Positions 1 to 8,481 of a DNA stretch of 64,000 nucleotides are shown here, in pieces. Source of the DNA: a virus (lineage: Duplodnaviria; Heunggongvirae; Uroviricota; Caudoviricetes). The DNA is taken from the IMG/VR virus record IMGVR_UViG_3300037455_000543, positions 123,136 to 187,135 of that record; one strand, written 5' to 3'. Below the pieces are notes generated by a model. It did no database searches. It was given only the letters and a program-made list of their open reading frames with translations, and was not told the origin of the DNA. Positions within the stretch are counted from its first letter, which is position 1; every line of letters begins with the position of its first letter. Made by a program: the position numbers and the translations under genes.

Positions 1-165
1 ACTTATCACGAAGTCAATGAACTTATCCGTAAGGGTGTTCATGGTCCTCATGCTGATAAGATTATCGATATGTATAACAAGAATAAGTTCAAGCTTGAAA
101 TGATTAGAATTCAGCATTTTGATCCTAAGCGTCCAGACTTCTTCTTGGAACATTTTGGTGTATAA
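1..165 (+). CDS. 3' end of a CDS (partial at the window edge), hypothetical protein ...HFDPKRPDFFLEHFGV*
   Basis: Frame 1 is open from base 1 to a TAA at 163-165. No family recognised. Confidence 0.45.
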   Translation, partial: TYHEVNELIRKGVHGPHADKIIDMYNKNKFKLEMIRIQHFDPKRPDFFLEHFGV

Positions 166-174
166 ATAAATTAT

Positions 175-525
175 GGGCTCGCCTGGTTTCGATTGGGTGA
201 TAGAGATATTAGTTGCAAGTCGAGGTCTCAGACGAGGGCACTCGTTAAAAAGTCTGAAAAAGATAAGTGCTAACACTTACGCAATGGCTGCTTAATTTAT
301 CGCAACCCTGGACCTATACCGTTAACCCGTTGGGTATAGAATCCAGTCGCAAAATGGGTTAGGAAATAGTTAAGTCTGTCTATTATTTCCGAAAATCACA
401 GGCTAGTTTATACTGATGCCGACCTTCAGGGCATAGGTATAACGAATTAGTAAATACGAAGGGAAAGCTTGTAGGAACGGATATTGAAGTTATTCAAGAC
501 AGGAGTTCGACTCTCCTCGGGTCCA
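175..525 (+). ncRNA. ssrA: tmRNA (SsrA), one-piece form; encoded tag (A)ANTYAMAA
   Basis: The 5' GGGCUCG pairs with the 3' CGGGUCC (518-524), including a G3:U wobble, followed by discriminator A. A T-arm AGGAG-UUCGACU-CUCCU lies at 501-517. The D-analog CCUGGUUUCGAUUGGG closely matches E. coli CUGGAUUCGACGGG. The tag ORF is GCU AAC ACU UAC GCA AUG GCU GCU UAA (269-295), preceded by a CUCGUUAAAAAGUCUGAAAAAGAUAAGU context parallel to E. coli. Length 351 nt. Confidence 0.85.
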
Positions 526-528
526 TTA

Positions 529-560
529 AAAGGGTTGACATTTGTCACCCTTTTTATTAT
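529..560 (+). terminator. rho-independent terminator after tmRNA
   Basis: Hairpin AGGGTTGACA-TTT-GTCACCCT followed by TTTTTATTAT. Confidence 0.5.
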
Positions 561-570
561 ATTTTATAAT

Positions 571-780
571 ATGAAGATTATATTAACATTACTTACCTCG
601 TTTTTATTTTTTATACTAGGTATGGGAACTATCGTCGGCGCAATGAAGCTGTGTATGCTTGTTACACTTTGCGGATTGCTTAAACTGTTTGTCCAGTTGA
701 CAATCATATTCTTTGCAATTTGCTTTATTGTACTATTATGGATGGCATTCAGCAAATTGGGAGAAATTTTAGAAATTTGA
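571..780 (+). CDS. small hydrophobic membrane protein (69 aa), hypothetical
   Basis: The ATG at 571 lies inside ORF 484..780 and avoids overlap with the tmRNA. The protein is almost entirely hydrophobic, giving 2 predicted TM helices. Confidence 0.35.
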   Translation: MKIILTLLTSFLFFILGMGTIVGAMKLCMLVTLCGLLKLFVQLTIIFFAICFIVLLWMAFSKLGEILEI

Positions 781-781
781 T

Positions 782-1222
782 ATGAGTAGTTTTGGTCCAC
801 ATTTAATTGCAGGTGTATCAGTAGGAACAATCGCTACTGGCATTTTAAGTATACATCAATATCCTGATTGGACGGCATTAACAATGCTACCGTTTATTGG
901 CGGTATTTGTGGTGCATTGACACCCGATATGGATATTAAATCGCATTCCAGTATGTTCATGTATCTTTTATATGTCATCGGTGCATTATATCTGTTCTCT
1001 ACGGGTGAACCTTTTTGGGCATTCCTATTATTGTTATATTCTATTATACCGCAATTCTTTACACATCGAGGGTTTATCCATTCAAGCCTGTTCGGCGTAG
1101 TTTCGACAATCGGCGTATTTGCCGCAACATATTGTAACTTTAACGATTTTGTATTGTGTATCGCTATTGCATGTGGTTATTTCTTTGGTTTCCTATCACA
1201 TATTTTATTGGATGAAGCATGA
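782..1222 (+). CDS. membrane-bound metal-dependent hydrolase-like protein (YdjM/DUF457-like)
   Basis: 146 aa with multiple TM segments. Conserved His/Asp motifs THRGFIHS and SHILLDEA. Confidence 0.45.
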   Translation: MSSFGPHLIAGVSVGTIATGILSIHQYPDWTALTMLPFIGGICGALTPDMDIKSHSSMFMYLLYVIGALYLFSTGEPFWAFLLLLYSIIPQFFTHRGFIHSSLFGVVSTIGVFAATYCNFNDFVLCIAIACGYFFGFLSHILLDEA

Positions 1223-1464
1223 AAACTAATAAACAAGAACGAGAATATCATAAGATTAAAAAAGCAAATCGACAGATACATTATGATAATGTACCTGAAG
1301 AGGAAGCAATTAAAAATTTATCTTATGAAGAATGCATGAAGTTTGGATATATTCAAATGGGAAAACGTCTTCCGTATTATTACGGTAAAGACAAAGAAGC
1401 AGCACGAAAGAAAAGATATTCAAAAAGAAAAGATATTGAAAATGGCTTAAACGAGGAAGTATAA
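1219..1464 (+). CDS. hypothetical protein (81 aa, basic)
   Basis: ORF with an ATGA overlap to the upstream gene. Confidence 0.5.
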   Translation: MKTNKQEREYHKIKKANRQIHYDNVPEEEAIKNLSYEECMKFGYIQMGKRLPYYYGKDKEAARKKRYSKRKDIENGLNEEV

Positions 1465-2039
1465 TGAAAGAAAAAATTGTTAAGCAAGTTGTTGATGTAA
1501 AACATTATATTGCCGATGATGGAAAAGAATTTGAAACATATCATGCATGTAAAGAATATGATGATACTATCTATTATGATAAGTATAAGCCTATTTTTAA
1601 TTTTAAGTGGACTAACGATTGTGAAGATGAATTCCGTATAACCTATAAGTCAAAATACCACAAAGAATTTTTAGCTTTCGTTTCCAAGATGTTAAATGAG
1701 AGTTTACGTGGTTCAGACACCGAAAATGAATGTGATTATAAGGTAGAAAATCTTGAAAATTATTTTAATGAAGAATGTGCTCCATTAGTTGATGGACATG
1801 TGTATAATATAGATACTGCTTATTGTTATGAAAACGATGCCTGGGATAAGCTTATTGTCTGGATTGAAGACGTAAGTGATACTCATATTGTAACTGATAT
1901 GATTCGACATGAATTAATTGAAAATAAAGAATTCCAAAAAATTCTTGAAGATTTTAAACGTAACCATAAGCATATTGATTCTAATAAAGTTATGGATGCA
2001 ATTAGAACATATTATAATGGATTGCAGTTTTTAGACTAA
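1464..2039 (+). CDS. hypothetical protein (191 aa)
   Basis: ORF whose start overlaps the previous stop (TAATG). Confidence 0.55.
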   Translation: MKEKIVKQVVDVKHYIADDGKEFETYHACKEYDDTIYYDKYKPIFNFKWTNDCEDEFRITYKSKYHKEFLAFVSKMLNESLRGSDTENECDYKVENLENYFNEECAPLVDGHVYNIDTAYCYENDAWDKLIVWIEDVSDTHIVTDMIRHELIENKEFQKILEDFKRNHKHIDSNKVMDAIRTYYNGLQFLD

Positions 2040-2049
2040 GGAAACAAAA

Positions 2050-2301
2050 ATGATTAATGAAGAATTATTTAAAATCGTATGTCGTTCATATAATGCAGAT
2101 TGTAAGTTCGACAAGGTTAACAAGCAAGACAAATATCCGACAGTTTATACAGTTATAGACTGTAAGCATGACCGTAGAGCTATGCTTTGTCATCTTGACT
2201 GCGCCGTTATTGCTGTTGACGACGCTGGCAAACAATATCCGATGGTTTATGAAGAACAGCTCGTAAATTTCTTTAAAATTAATTATCAGGCAAAACAATA
2301 A
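2050..2301 (+). CDS. hypothetical Cys-rich protein (83 aa)
   Basis: ORF with 6 Cys. Confidence 0.45.
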   Translation: MINEELFKIVCRSYNADCKFDKVNKQDKYPTVYTVIDCKHDRRAMLCHLDCAVIAVDDAGKQYPMVYEEQLVNFFKINYQAKQ

Positions 2302-2314
2302 AAAATTATTAATT

Positions 2315-2782
2315 ATGGACATAAGCAGTAGAGGAAATTATCCGTCTTGTGCACTGAGTAATTTTGCTGCACATGAATTTGAAATTGATGGTGTTAAATG
2401 TGCATCTATGGAAGGGTTTTTACAAAGTTTAAAATGCCCTACTATCGATATGCAGAAATATATTTGTTCATTGATTGGAATTAAAGCTAAGAAAGCTGGT
2501 TATGGAAGAAACTGGCAAAGACGGCAAATTCTTTATTGGCAAGGTCAACAAATTGGTCGTTCTTCAAAAGCATATCAAGACTTACTCGATCGTGCTTATG
2601 ATGCATTGTATGAAAACCAAGGTTTTAAAGCTGCATTAATCGCCTGTGGAAAAGATGCAGTGTTCACGCATAGTATCGGAAAGAATTGTCAAAATGAAAC
2701 AGTATTGACAGCTCGTGAATTTTGCAGTCGTTTAATGAAATTAAAAGATAGAGCGTTTAAAGAAATAAAGGAAATGAAGTAA
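2315..2782 (+). CDS. NADAR-domain protein (YbiA-like N-glycosidase / ADP-ribose processing)
   Basis: LSNFAAHEFEIDGVKCASMEGFLQSLK aligns to E. coli YbiA FSNFAAWPIKVDGKTWPTSEHYFQAQKF. Downstream, NW..LY.NQGFKAALIACGKDAVFTHS parallels the YbiA C-terminal half. Confidence 0.7.
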   Translation: MDISSRGNYPSCALSNFAAHEFEIDGVKCASMEGFLQSLKCPTIDMQKYICSLIGIKAKKAGYGRNWQRRQILYWQGQQIGRSSKAYQDLLDRAYDALYENQGFKAALIACGKDAVFTHSIGKNCQNETVLTAREFCSRLMKLKDRAFKEIKEMK

Positions 2783-3160
2783 ATGAATCCGTTTAAAATT
2801 ATTTCGAATCTTCGTAATGGTTCAATAACTATTAATGGCAATACAGTTAATTCCAATATTATTGGTAATGGCTGTAGTATCAGTATTGATGGTGATAATA
2901 TTGTTATTAATGGTAACAACATTACTGTAAAGGATAAAGTTATCAATATCAATATTACTGGGGATGTCGATGAAATTACGAATTGTCATGATGTCAAGGT
3001 AAAGGGCAATGTTCGTAAAATTTCTGTTGGATCTGGTGATGTCGAAGTTGATGGCGATGTTTCTGGTGATATTCAGACTGGTTCTGGCGATGTCGATGTT
3101 AGTGGTTCTGTTGGTGGAAATATCAGAACTGGTTCTGGTGATGTAAACGTTGGACGATAA
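2783..3160 (+). CDS. beta-helical repeat protein with SGDV repeats (DUF4097/bactofilin-like)
   Basis: Repeated motifs: GSGDVEVDG, TGSGDVDVSG, TGSGDVNVG and IxGNxxxIxG. Confidence 0.45.
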   Translation: MNPFKIISNLRNGSITINGNTVNSNIIGNGCSISIDGDNIVINGNNITVKDKVININITGDVDEITNCHDVKVKGNVRKISVGSGDVEVDGDVSGDIQTGSGDVDVSGSVGGNIRTGSGDVNVGR

Positions 3161-3184
3161 GGATTGATATTTAATATGGGACAG

Positions 3185-3262
3185 CAGGTCCCCACCTGTT
3201 GAAAATCTTTCTCGGATTTTCTAACCATATTATAAATAATACAAGGTCATGGGGATGACCTT
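3185..3262 (+). promoter_or_regulatory. two hairpins with complementary CCCC/GGGG loops in the leader of the HNH-rtcB operon
   Basis: CAGGT-CCCC-ACCTG (3185-3198) and AAGGTCAT-GGGG-ATGACCTT (3243-3262). A TATAAATA sits between them at 3231-3238. Confidence 0.35.
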
Positions 3263-3292
3263 ATAAAAATAAAGGTAAAATAAGGAGAATAT

Positions 3293-4150
3293 ATGAATTA
3301 TAAACATATATATTTGGAAATTATACGTAAAGCTAAAAATGAACAAATACTTGGTAATAGGCCATTAAACATATATTATAGAAGGCGTAATTTTAAAGAT
3401 GAATATTTTGAATTTCATCATATATTACCAAAATCATTATTTCCAAAATTTGAAAAAGTAAAAAAGAATTTAGTTCCATTAACTGCCAAAGAACATTTTA
3501 TATGTCATAAATTGTTATTTAAAATATATCCATGTAAATCTACAGCATATGCTTTATTAAGGCTATGTCGTAAACGTGATGATATGCATCCAATTAAATT
3601 GTCTGCACGTTCATATGAGCAATTAAGAAAAATATTAGCAAATACTTTATCAGATGCGCAAAAAGGTAAAGAACTTTCGAAAGAAACTAGAATAAAAATT
3701 TCTAATGCACTTAAAGAAGGATATAAATCAGGTAAAATTATACCACCGGCTAAAGATAAACCAGTTACTGCTGAAAAAAGAAAACAAATTTCTGAAACAT
3801 TAAAAGAAAGATATAAAAATGGATATAAAGTATGGAATAAAGATAAAAAGTGTCCAAACTTAGCAAAAAGAAAAGAAGATAGTTGGAATTATGGTAAACA
3901 TTGGTATAATAATGGTGAAATTAGCATATTAACTGAAACATGTCCTGAAGGATTTAAAGAAGGACATATTGTTAAAGTTAATGAGGAAACAGAAGAAAAT
4001 AGAAAAATAAAAATTGCAGAAAATAATAAAGGAAGACATTGGTATAATAATGGTAAAATTAATAAATTTTGCTATGAATGTCCAGAAGGTTTTGTAAAAG
4101 GATTTTTAGATCCAAGGTGGATTAAAAAAGATGATGGAAATACAAGGTAA
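3293..4150 (+). CDS. HNH homing endonuclease
   Basis: YFEFHHILPKSLFP...NLVPLTAKEHFICH (HNH motif). C-terminal repeated HWYNNG..CPEGF modules. Strong AGGAG SD. Confidence 0.75.
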   Translation: MNYKHIYLEIIRKAKNEQILGNRPLNIYYRRRNFKDEYFEFHHILPKSLFPKFEKVKKNLVPLTAKEHFICHKLLFKIYPCKSTAYALLRLCRKRDDMHPIKLSARSYEQLRKILANTLSDAQKGKELSKETRIKISNALKEGYKSGKIIPPAKDKPVTAEKRKQISETLKERYKNGYKVWNKDKKCPNLAKRKEDSWNYGKHWYNNGEISILTETCPEGFKEGHIVKVNEETEENRKIKIAENNKGRHWYNNGKINKFCYECPEGFVKGFLDPRWIKKDDGNTR

Positions 4151-5321
4151 ATATGGTAAAGCAACCGTATATACAGATAATATAGATAGCGCTGCATATG
4201 GGCAAATCTTAAATATGACTTGTCAAATATGGGCAAAAGATTCTAATATTAAAATAATGCCAGATTGTCATTGTGGGAAAGACTGTACAGTAGGTACTAC
4301 AATGCTTATTAAAAACAAGGTTGTTCCTAACCTTGTCGGTGTCGATATTGGTTGTGGAATGCTTGTCGCAAAGCTTAAGGACAAGTTTATCGAATTCGGT
4401 AAACTGGATAAGGTTATTAAGGAAAAGATTCCGTCTGGCAAGGAACATAGAAGTAACCGTCACCGTTATGCTAATGAATTTGATGAACAGTTTGAAGAAC
4501 TTATTGCCGATGTTAAACGAGAAGAACTTCTGAGTATTGCTTCACTTGGCGGAGGCAATCACTTCATTGAATGCGATAAGGATGATGAAGGTGCATTTTA
4601 TATTGTTATTCATTCTGGTTCACGCCATTTGGGTGTTGCTACTTGTGAATACTGGCAAAATCTTGCTATTAAGGACTGTGCTAATTTGACAGCCATTCGT
4701 GGTGCTGAAATTGCAAAGTATAAGAACCAAGGAAAGACTGATGCTGAAATTAAGGAACTCATGAAGGATTATGACCATTTCTCTGTTCCGAAAAATCTTT
4801 CCTATCTTACAGGCGAACATATGCAAGGTTATCTGCATGATATGGCTATTGTTCAGCAGTTTGCAGCTTTAAACCGTGCTGCAATGCTTGATGTAATCGT
4901 AAAGGAAATGGGTTTCAAGGTTGTAGAAAAGTTTGAGACTATTCATAATTATATTGACCTTGATAATATGATTCTTAGAAAAGGTAGTATTTCTGCACAG
5001 GCTGGAGAACGTGTAATTATTCCTATGAATATGAGAGACGGTTCTTTAATTTGTGTCGGTAAGGGAAATCCAGAATGGAATTATTCTGCACCTCATGGTG
5101 CTGGTAGATTGATGACCAGAGCAGATGCTAAGAATTCTATTTCCATGAAGGACTATAAGGAAGCAATGAAGGGAATTTTCACTTCTTGCGTTTCTTCTGC
5201 TACTATCGATGAAAGCCCTATGGCATATAAACCTATGGATGAAATCATTAAGAACATTGAACCTACTTGTGAAATTGAAAAAATTATCAAGCCGGTTTAT
5301 AATTTTAAGGCAGCTTTCTAA
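4131..5321 (+). CDS. rtcB: RtcB RNA-splicing ligase (3'-phosphate/5'-OH RNA ligase)
   Basis: RtcB signature motifs: MPDCHCGKDCTVGT, GVDIGCGM, GGGNHFIE, HSGSRHLG and PHGAGR (the nucleotidyl-His motif). Confidence 0.85.
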   Translation: MMEIQGKYGKATVYTDNIDSAAYGQILNMTCQIWAKDSNIKIMPDCHCGKDCTVGTTMLIKNKVVPNLVGVDIGCGMLVAKLKDKFIEFGKLDKVIKEKIPSGKEHRSNRHRYANEFDEQFEELIADVKREELLSIASLGGGNHFIECDKDDEGAFYIVIHSGSRHLGVATCEYWQNLAIKDCANLTAIRGAEIAKYKNQGKTDAEIKELMKDYDHFSVPKNLSYLTGEHMQGYLHDMAIVQQFAALNRAAMLDVIVKEMGFKVVEKFETIHNYIDLDNMILRKGSISAQAGERVIIPMNMRDGSLICVGKGNPEWNYSAPHGAGRLMTRADAKNSISMKDYKEAMKGIFTSCVSSATIDESPMAYKPMDEIIKNIEPTCEIEKIIKPVYNFKAAF

Positions 5322-5833
5322 TGAAACGTATTTTTCCAATGTATAAAGGTGTTAGCTTAGACAAAGCTGGCATGGGTTATTCTTCTGTCCAATCTGCAAA
5401 GCATTATATGGATGAAAAGCCGATTAGAGAGGATTTTGATAAGTCGTTACCAAAAAATTATTGGTATGAGTTTGAATATGTTCATAAGCATAATGGTCGA
5501 GAAATGAGTGATCATCATATCTGTTCTGTAGCAAATTACACCTTCCACGATACCGACTACGAAGAAGAATTCTATATTAAAGACTTGACTGGTAAAGACA
5601 AGGAACTATGGGATAAAGTCTATGCCATTGAAGACAAATATCGTGAACGTGGTTGGGGTTGGGCTGGCGAAAAGGTCCAAAAAGAAATGAACGCATTGCT
5701 TATTAAATTGGACAAACGTGGCTGGTACCATACATTGTTTGAAGATACAAAGGATTACTGGAAAAAGTATCGTGCTTATAAAAAAGCAAATGTAGAATAT
5801 ATTGAAAAGTCTGTTGAAATAAAGGTAGATTAA
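5321..5833 (+). CDS. hypothetical protein (170 aa)
   Basis: ORF with an ATGA overlap to rtcB. Confidence 0.55.
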   Translation: MKRIFPMYKGVSLDKAGMGYSSVQSAKHYMDEKPIREDFDKSLPKNYWYEFEYVHKHNGREMSDHHICSVANYTFHDTDYEEEFYIKDLTGKDKELWDKVYAIEDKYRERGWGWAGEKVQKEMNALLIKLDKRGWYHTLFEDTKDYWKKYRAYKKANVEYIEKSVEIKVD

Positions 5834-6051
5834 TGGCTGAAGCAGAATTTACAGAAGAAGAAATCGACTTTGCAATGGAAATGATACGCGATTTAATTCC
5901 GTATGATACACCGAATTATGCCAAAAAATTAAGAGAAATGGCAATTGGATGTCTACGAACAGAGCGTGATCCTGATTTTATTGCAATGTGTGAAGAACAT
6001 GACAGAATGCTAGAAAATGGTGAATTGGATGATAATTTAAATTTTGGTTAA
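5833..6051 (+). CDS. hypothetical protein (72 aa, acidic)
   Basis: ORF, translationally coupled. Confidence 0.45.
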   Translation: MAEAEFTEEEIDFAMEMIRDLIPYDTPNYAKKLREMAIGCLRTERDPDFIAMCEEHDRMLENGELDDNLNFG

Positions 6052-6054
6052 TTA

Positions 6055-6306
6055 ATGATTGAAGAAACATACAAATTTAAATGGAAAACATTTGAAGAAG
6101 AAATGCCAGAATCATATAAAATGATTTTGGCTCGTTCTCCTAAAAAACAAATGAACGATATACAGTGGTATTTTTTAACCAGTGATAAGAAACAACTCCA
6201 TCTTCATGATTTAAAATGTGAGTATTATATATCAAGAATTAAGAAATGGCTTTGGTGTTATCCAGAAGATATTGAAAAAATAGAGGAAAATAATGAGTCG
6301 ATTTAA
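6055..6306 (+). CDS. hypothetical protein (83 aa)
   Basis: ORF. Confidence 0.45.
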   Translation: MIEETYKFKWKTFEEEMPESYKMILARSPKKQMNDIQWYFLTSDKKQLHLHDLKCEYYISRIKKWLWCYPEDIEKIEENNESI

Positions 6307-6565
6307 ACGATATTTTGTAAGAAATGATGAAACTGGTTTGATTGAAACTTGGTCAATGCCTTACTGTATTGGTGACGGTCATTATGCTGTAACTATTGAT
6401 GAAATCCTACAAGAAGGTTTTCATGAACATGGTTTTACAAATAAACAGAAAGCCAAAGAATTTATCAAACAAGTAAAAGAGCATTATGAAAATAAATGCC
6501 ATACTAATCCAAAGTTATCTATTATTAAAGCCGAACTGAAGGTAGAATTAACCGAGGTAAATTAA
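6293..6565 (+). CDS. hypothetical protein (90 aa)
   Basis: ORF. Confidence 0.45.
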   Translation: MSRFKRYFVRNDETGLIETWSMPYCIGDGHYAVTIDEILQEGFHEHGFTNKQKAKEFIKQVKEHYENKCHTNPKLSIIKAELKVELTEVN

Positions 6566-6876
6566 TGATTTTCAGTAATCAATTATCAGATTCATTAAAA
6601 TCTCAAATACATGAACTTATTGATTATTTCCTTAATGAAGGAATTGGTTTTGAAATGCGCCATACATACGGTTATAACATGTATGACGAAGAAAGAGATG
6701 ACCAAATTGAAATAAATGCATTTAAGCGACATTTCTATATCGGTATTACAGCTCCTAAATTTTATATGGTTCATAGTTATTTAGGTAAAGGTAATCGTTT
6801 ACAAGAAGATAAATTGGAATTCAAATCGTTCGATGAAATGGTTAAATCGATAAAGGAATCCGACTATGACCGATAA
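6565..6876 (+). CDS. hypothetical protein (103 aa)
   Basis: ORF. Confidence 0.45.
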   Translation: MIFSNQLSDSLKSQIHELIDYFLNEGIGFEMRHTYGYNMYDEERDDQIEINAFKRHFYIGITAPKFYMVHSYLGKGNRLQEDKLEFKSFDEMVKSIKESDYDR

Positions 6877-7051
6877 AGAAAAGATTGCACTACTTGAACA
6901 CCAATTAAACCGATTGCGTTGTTTCATGTGGTTACACAAGACTAATTTCAAAACTAAACGTAAACTGTCTAATATTGAAATATATGACTATTTCGATAAG
7001 AAAGACCCGAAGCGTTTAAATAGAGGGCATAAAAATGGCTAAGAAAAAAGT
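6866..7051 (+). CDS. small ORF (58 aa), hypothetical
   Basis: ATG at 6866 fills an otherwise uncovered gap. Below the track cutoff. Confidence 0.25.
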
Positions 7052-7382
7052 AGAAAGTAAGGCAAGACCGATTATCAATGAAATTCTTGAGAAGGTCAAG
7101 ACTGAAAGAGAGAAGAAAAAGATTACTAAAAAATTATGGATTGACGAATTTCTGTATGGTAGAAATAATCAAGCCGCACTAGGTTTACCAGGTCAATATG
7201 ACGATGAAGAAGGCCGAGAAATCGTTATAGAACCAAATGATGAAGGAACAAATATTTCTCTCGTCCGTTATGTCAATGGTGATCTTTATGGTGGTGTAGA
7301 TGTCAAGACTGTAGATGAAGCACTTAACCAGATTAAATATTTCGCAAAACATGGTAAGCTTGAAGACGAAGACGCATATTAA
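7035..7382 (+). CDS. hypothetical protein (115 aa)
   Basis: ORF. Confidence 0.5.
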   Translation: MAKKKVESKARPIINEILEKVKTEREKKKITKKLWIDEFLYGRNNQAALGLPGQYDDEEGREIVIEPNDEGTNISLVRYVNGDLYGGVDVKTVDEALNQIKYFAKHGKLEDEDAY

Positions 7383-7393
7383 GGAAAATAATT

Positions 7394-7594
7394 ATGGCAC
7401 AAGCAAATGACATACACGAAGAACCAGATGTAGAAATTCTTAAGAAAGGAAAAAAGTTGATATTTATTTGTGATACATGTGAATGTCAATTTCAGGTTTC
7501 TAAGAAATTTGCTAAATATAAACAAACTGGCATGAATGAATATAATTACGCATTTAATTGTCCAGAATGCGGCGAAGAATGTTATTATTATTAA
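7394..7594 (+). CDS. zinc-ribbon protein (CxxC...CxxC)
   Basis: CDTCEC ... CPECGEEC. Confidence 0.45.
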   Translation: MAQANDIHEEPDVEILKKGKKLIFICDTCECQFQVSKKFAKYKQTGMNEYNYAFNCPECGEECYYY

Positions 7595-7606
7595 TGAGGT
7601 ATAAAA

Positions 7607-7813
7607 ATGGAAGAAAAGAAACTGCATAGCTTAATCAATACACTTCTCAAGATTGCTGAGGAATCCGGTAATCCGTCGAAGTATAACCAGGTAATTATCG
7701 ACCTGCTCCAGGCTGACGAATATACAAACGTCAATGTCATGGATCACAAGGGTTATCCGGTTATCGTATTCATTAACAAGGCTGGTGGAATTACCATGCT
7801 TGGCAATGAATAA
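7607..7813 (+). CDS. hypothetical protein (68 aa)
   Basis: ORF. Confidence 0.4.
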   Translation: MEEKKLHSLINTLLKIAEESGNPSKYNQVIIDLLQADEYTNVNVMDHKGYPVIVFINKAGGITMLGNE

Positions 7814-7976
7814 TTGTCATCTTTTGACAAGCAATCGATATAAATAAAACGAATAAAGAATTTACAAGTTTGACCGTGTGTCTCAGCGGCCAAAACCTGG
7901 ATTACAAAACTTGGATTCAGGTTTAACAAATGAGACAAAAAATCGGAACACGTAAGGTTCCAAAGGATAAAATACT

Positions 7977-8417
7977 ATGAACGAATTCTTTAACGTAATT
8001 GACTCTCTTCTTAACCCGTACTGGTTTCAGCAAGGCTTTACTCCAATCGAGAAAACCACGATTTCTGTCCCGGTAAACATTTATCAGGAAGAAGACGGTT
8101 CTGGAACAGTAGAAATCGCCATTCCGGGCAAGACCAAGGATGACGTATCGCTTGAAAAGAAAGTCGTCGACGGCGTAAACTACCTGGTCTTCGATCTCGT
8201 TGAAAAGAACGAAGAAACTACCGAAGAAACCAAGGAAGAAAAAGAACCTAAGCGCAAGGAACTTTTGAAGAAAATCAAGGTTACAAAGCATTGCGAAATC
8301 AAGGTTCCACCGACTCAGGATATCGATAACCTCAAGGCTAAGGTTGAAAATGGCCTCTTGACAATTACCCTTCCTGCTGTCGAAGCAGTAAAGCCTGTCA
8401 AGTTCGAAATCGAATAA
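7977..8417 (+). CDS. small heat-shock protein, Hsp20/alpha-crystallin family
   Basis: VEIAIPG..KDDV ... AKVENGLLTITLP, which is the A.ENGVLTI.LPK consensus. Confidence 0.75.
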   Translation: MNEFFNVIDSLLNPYWFQQGFTPIEKTTISVPVNIYQEEDGSGTVEIAIPGKTKDDVSLEKKVVDGVNYLVFDLVEKNEETTEETKEEKEPKRKELLKKIKVTKHCEIKVPPTQDIDNLKAKVENGLLTITLPAVEAVKPVKFEIE

Positions 8418-8442
8418 AGTTAAAGTAACGTAATAAATAAGT

Positions 8443-8470
8443 GCGGGTCCAAAAAGCCCGCATTATTTTT
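8443..8470 (+). terminator. rho-independent terminator
   Basis: TGCGGG-TCCAAAAAG-CCCGCA followed by TTATTTTT. Confidence 0.5.
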
Positions 8471-8481
8471 CAGAAACTATT

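Noticed and set aside
175-525. Interpretation of the tmRNA as a bacterial ssrA marking a prophage integration site
   Set aside because: There is no integrase next to it, no repeat of its 3' end within 64 kb, and the flanking genes on both sides are phage-like. Bacterial context cannot be fully excluded from this window alone.
484-780. Track ORF extending upstream to 484 and overlapping the tmRNA 3' end
   Set aside because: The extension overlaps the acceptor and T-arm of the tmRNA and the terminator. An internal ATG at 571 gives a coherent small hydrophobic protein, so only 571..780 is retained, at low confidence.
3244-3262. Hairpin AAGGTCAT-GGGG-ATGACCTT as a terminator
   Set aside because: It is not followed by a U-run on either strand (only TATAAAAAT). 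It lies inside the HNH leader, so it is kept as a regulatory hairpin rather than a terminator.
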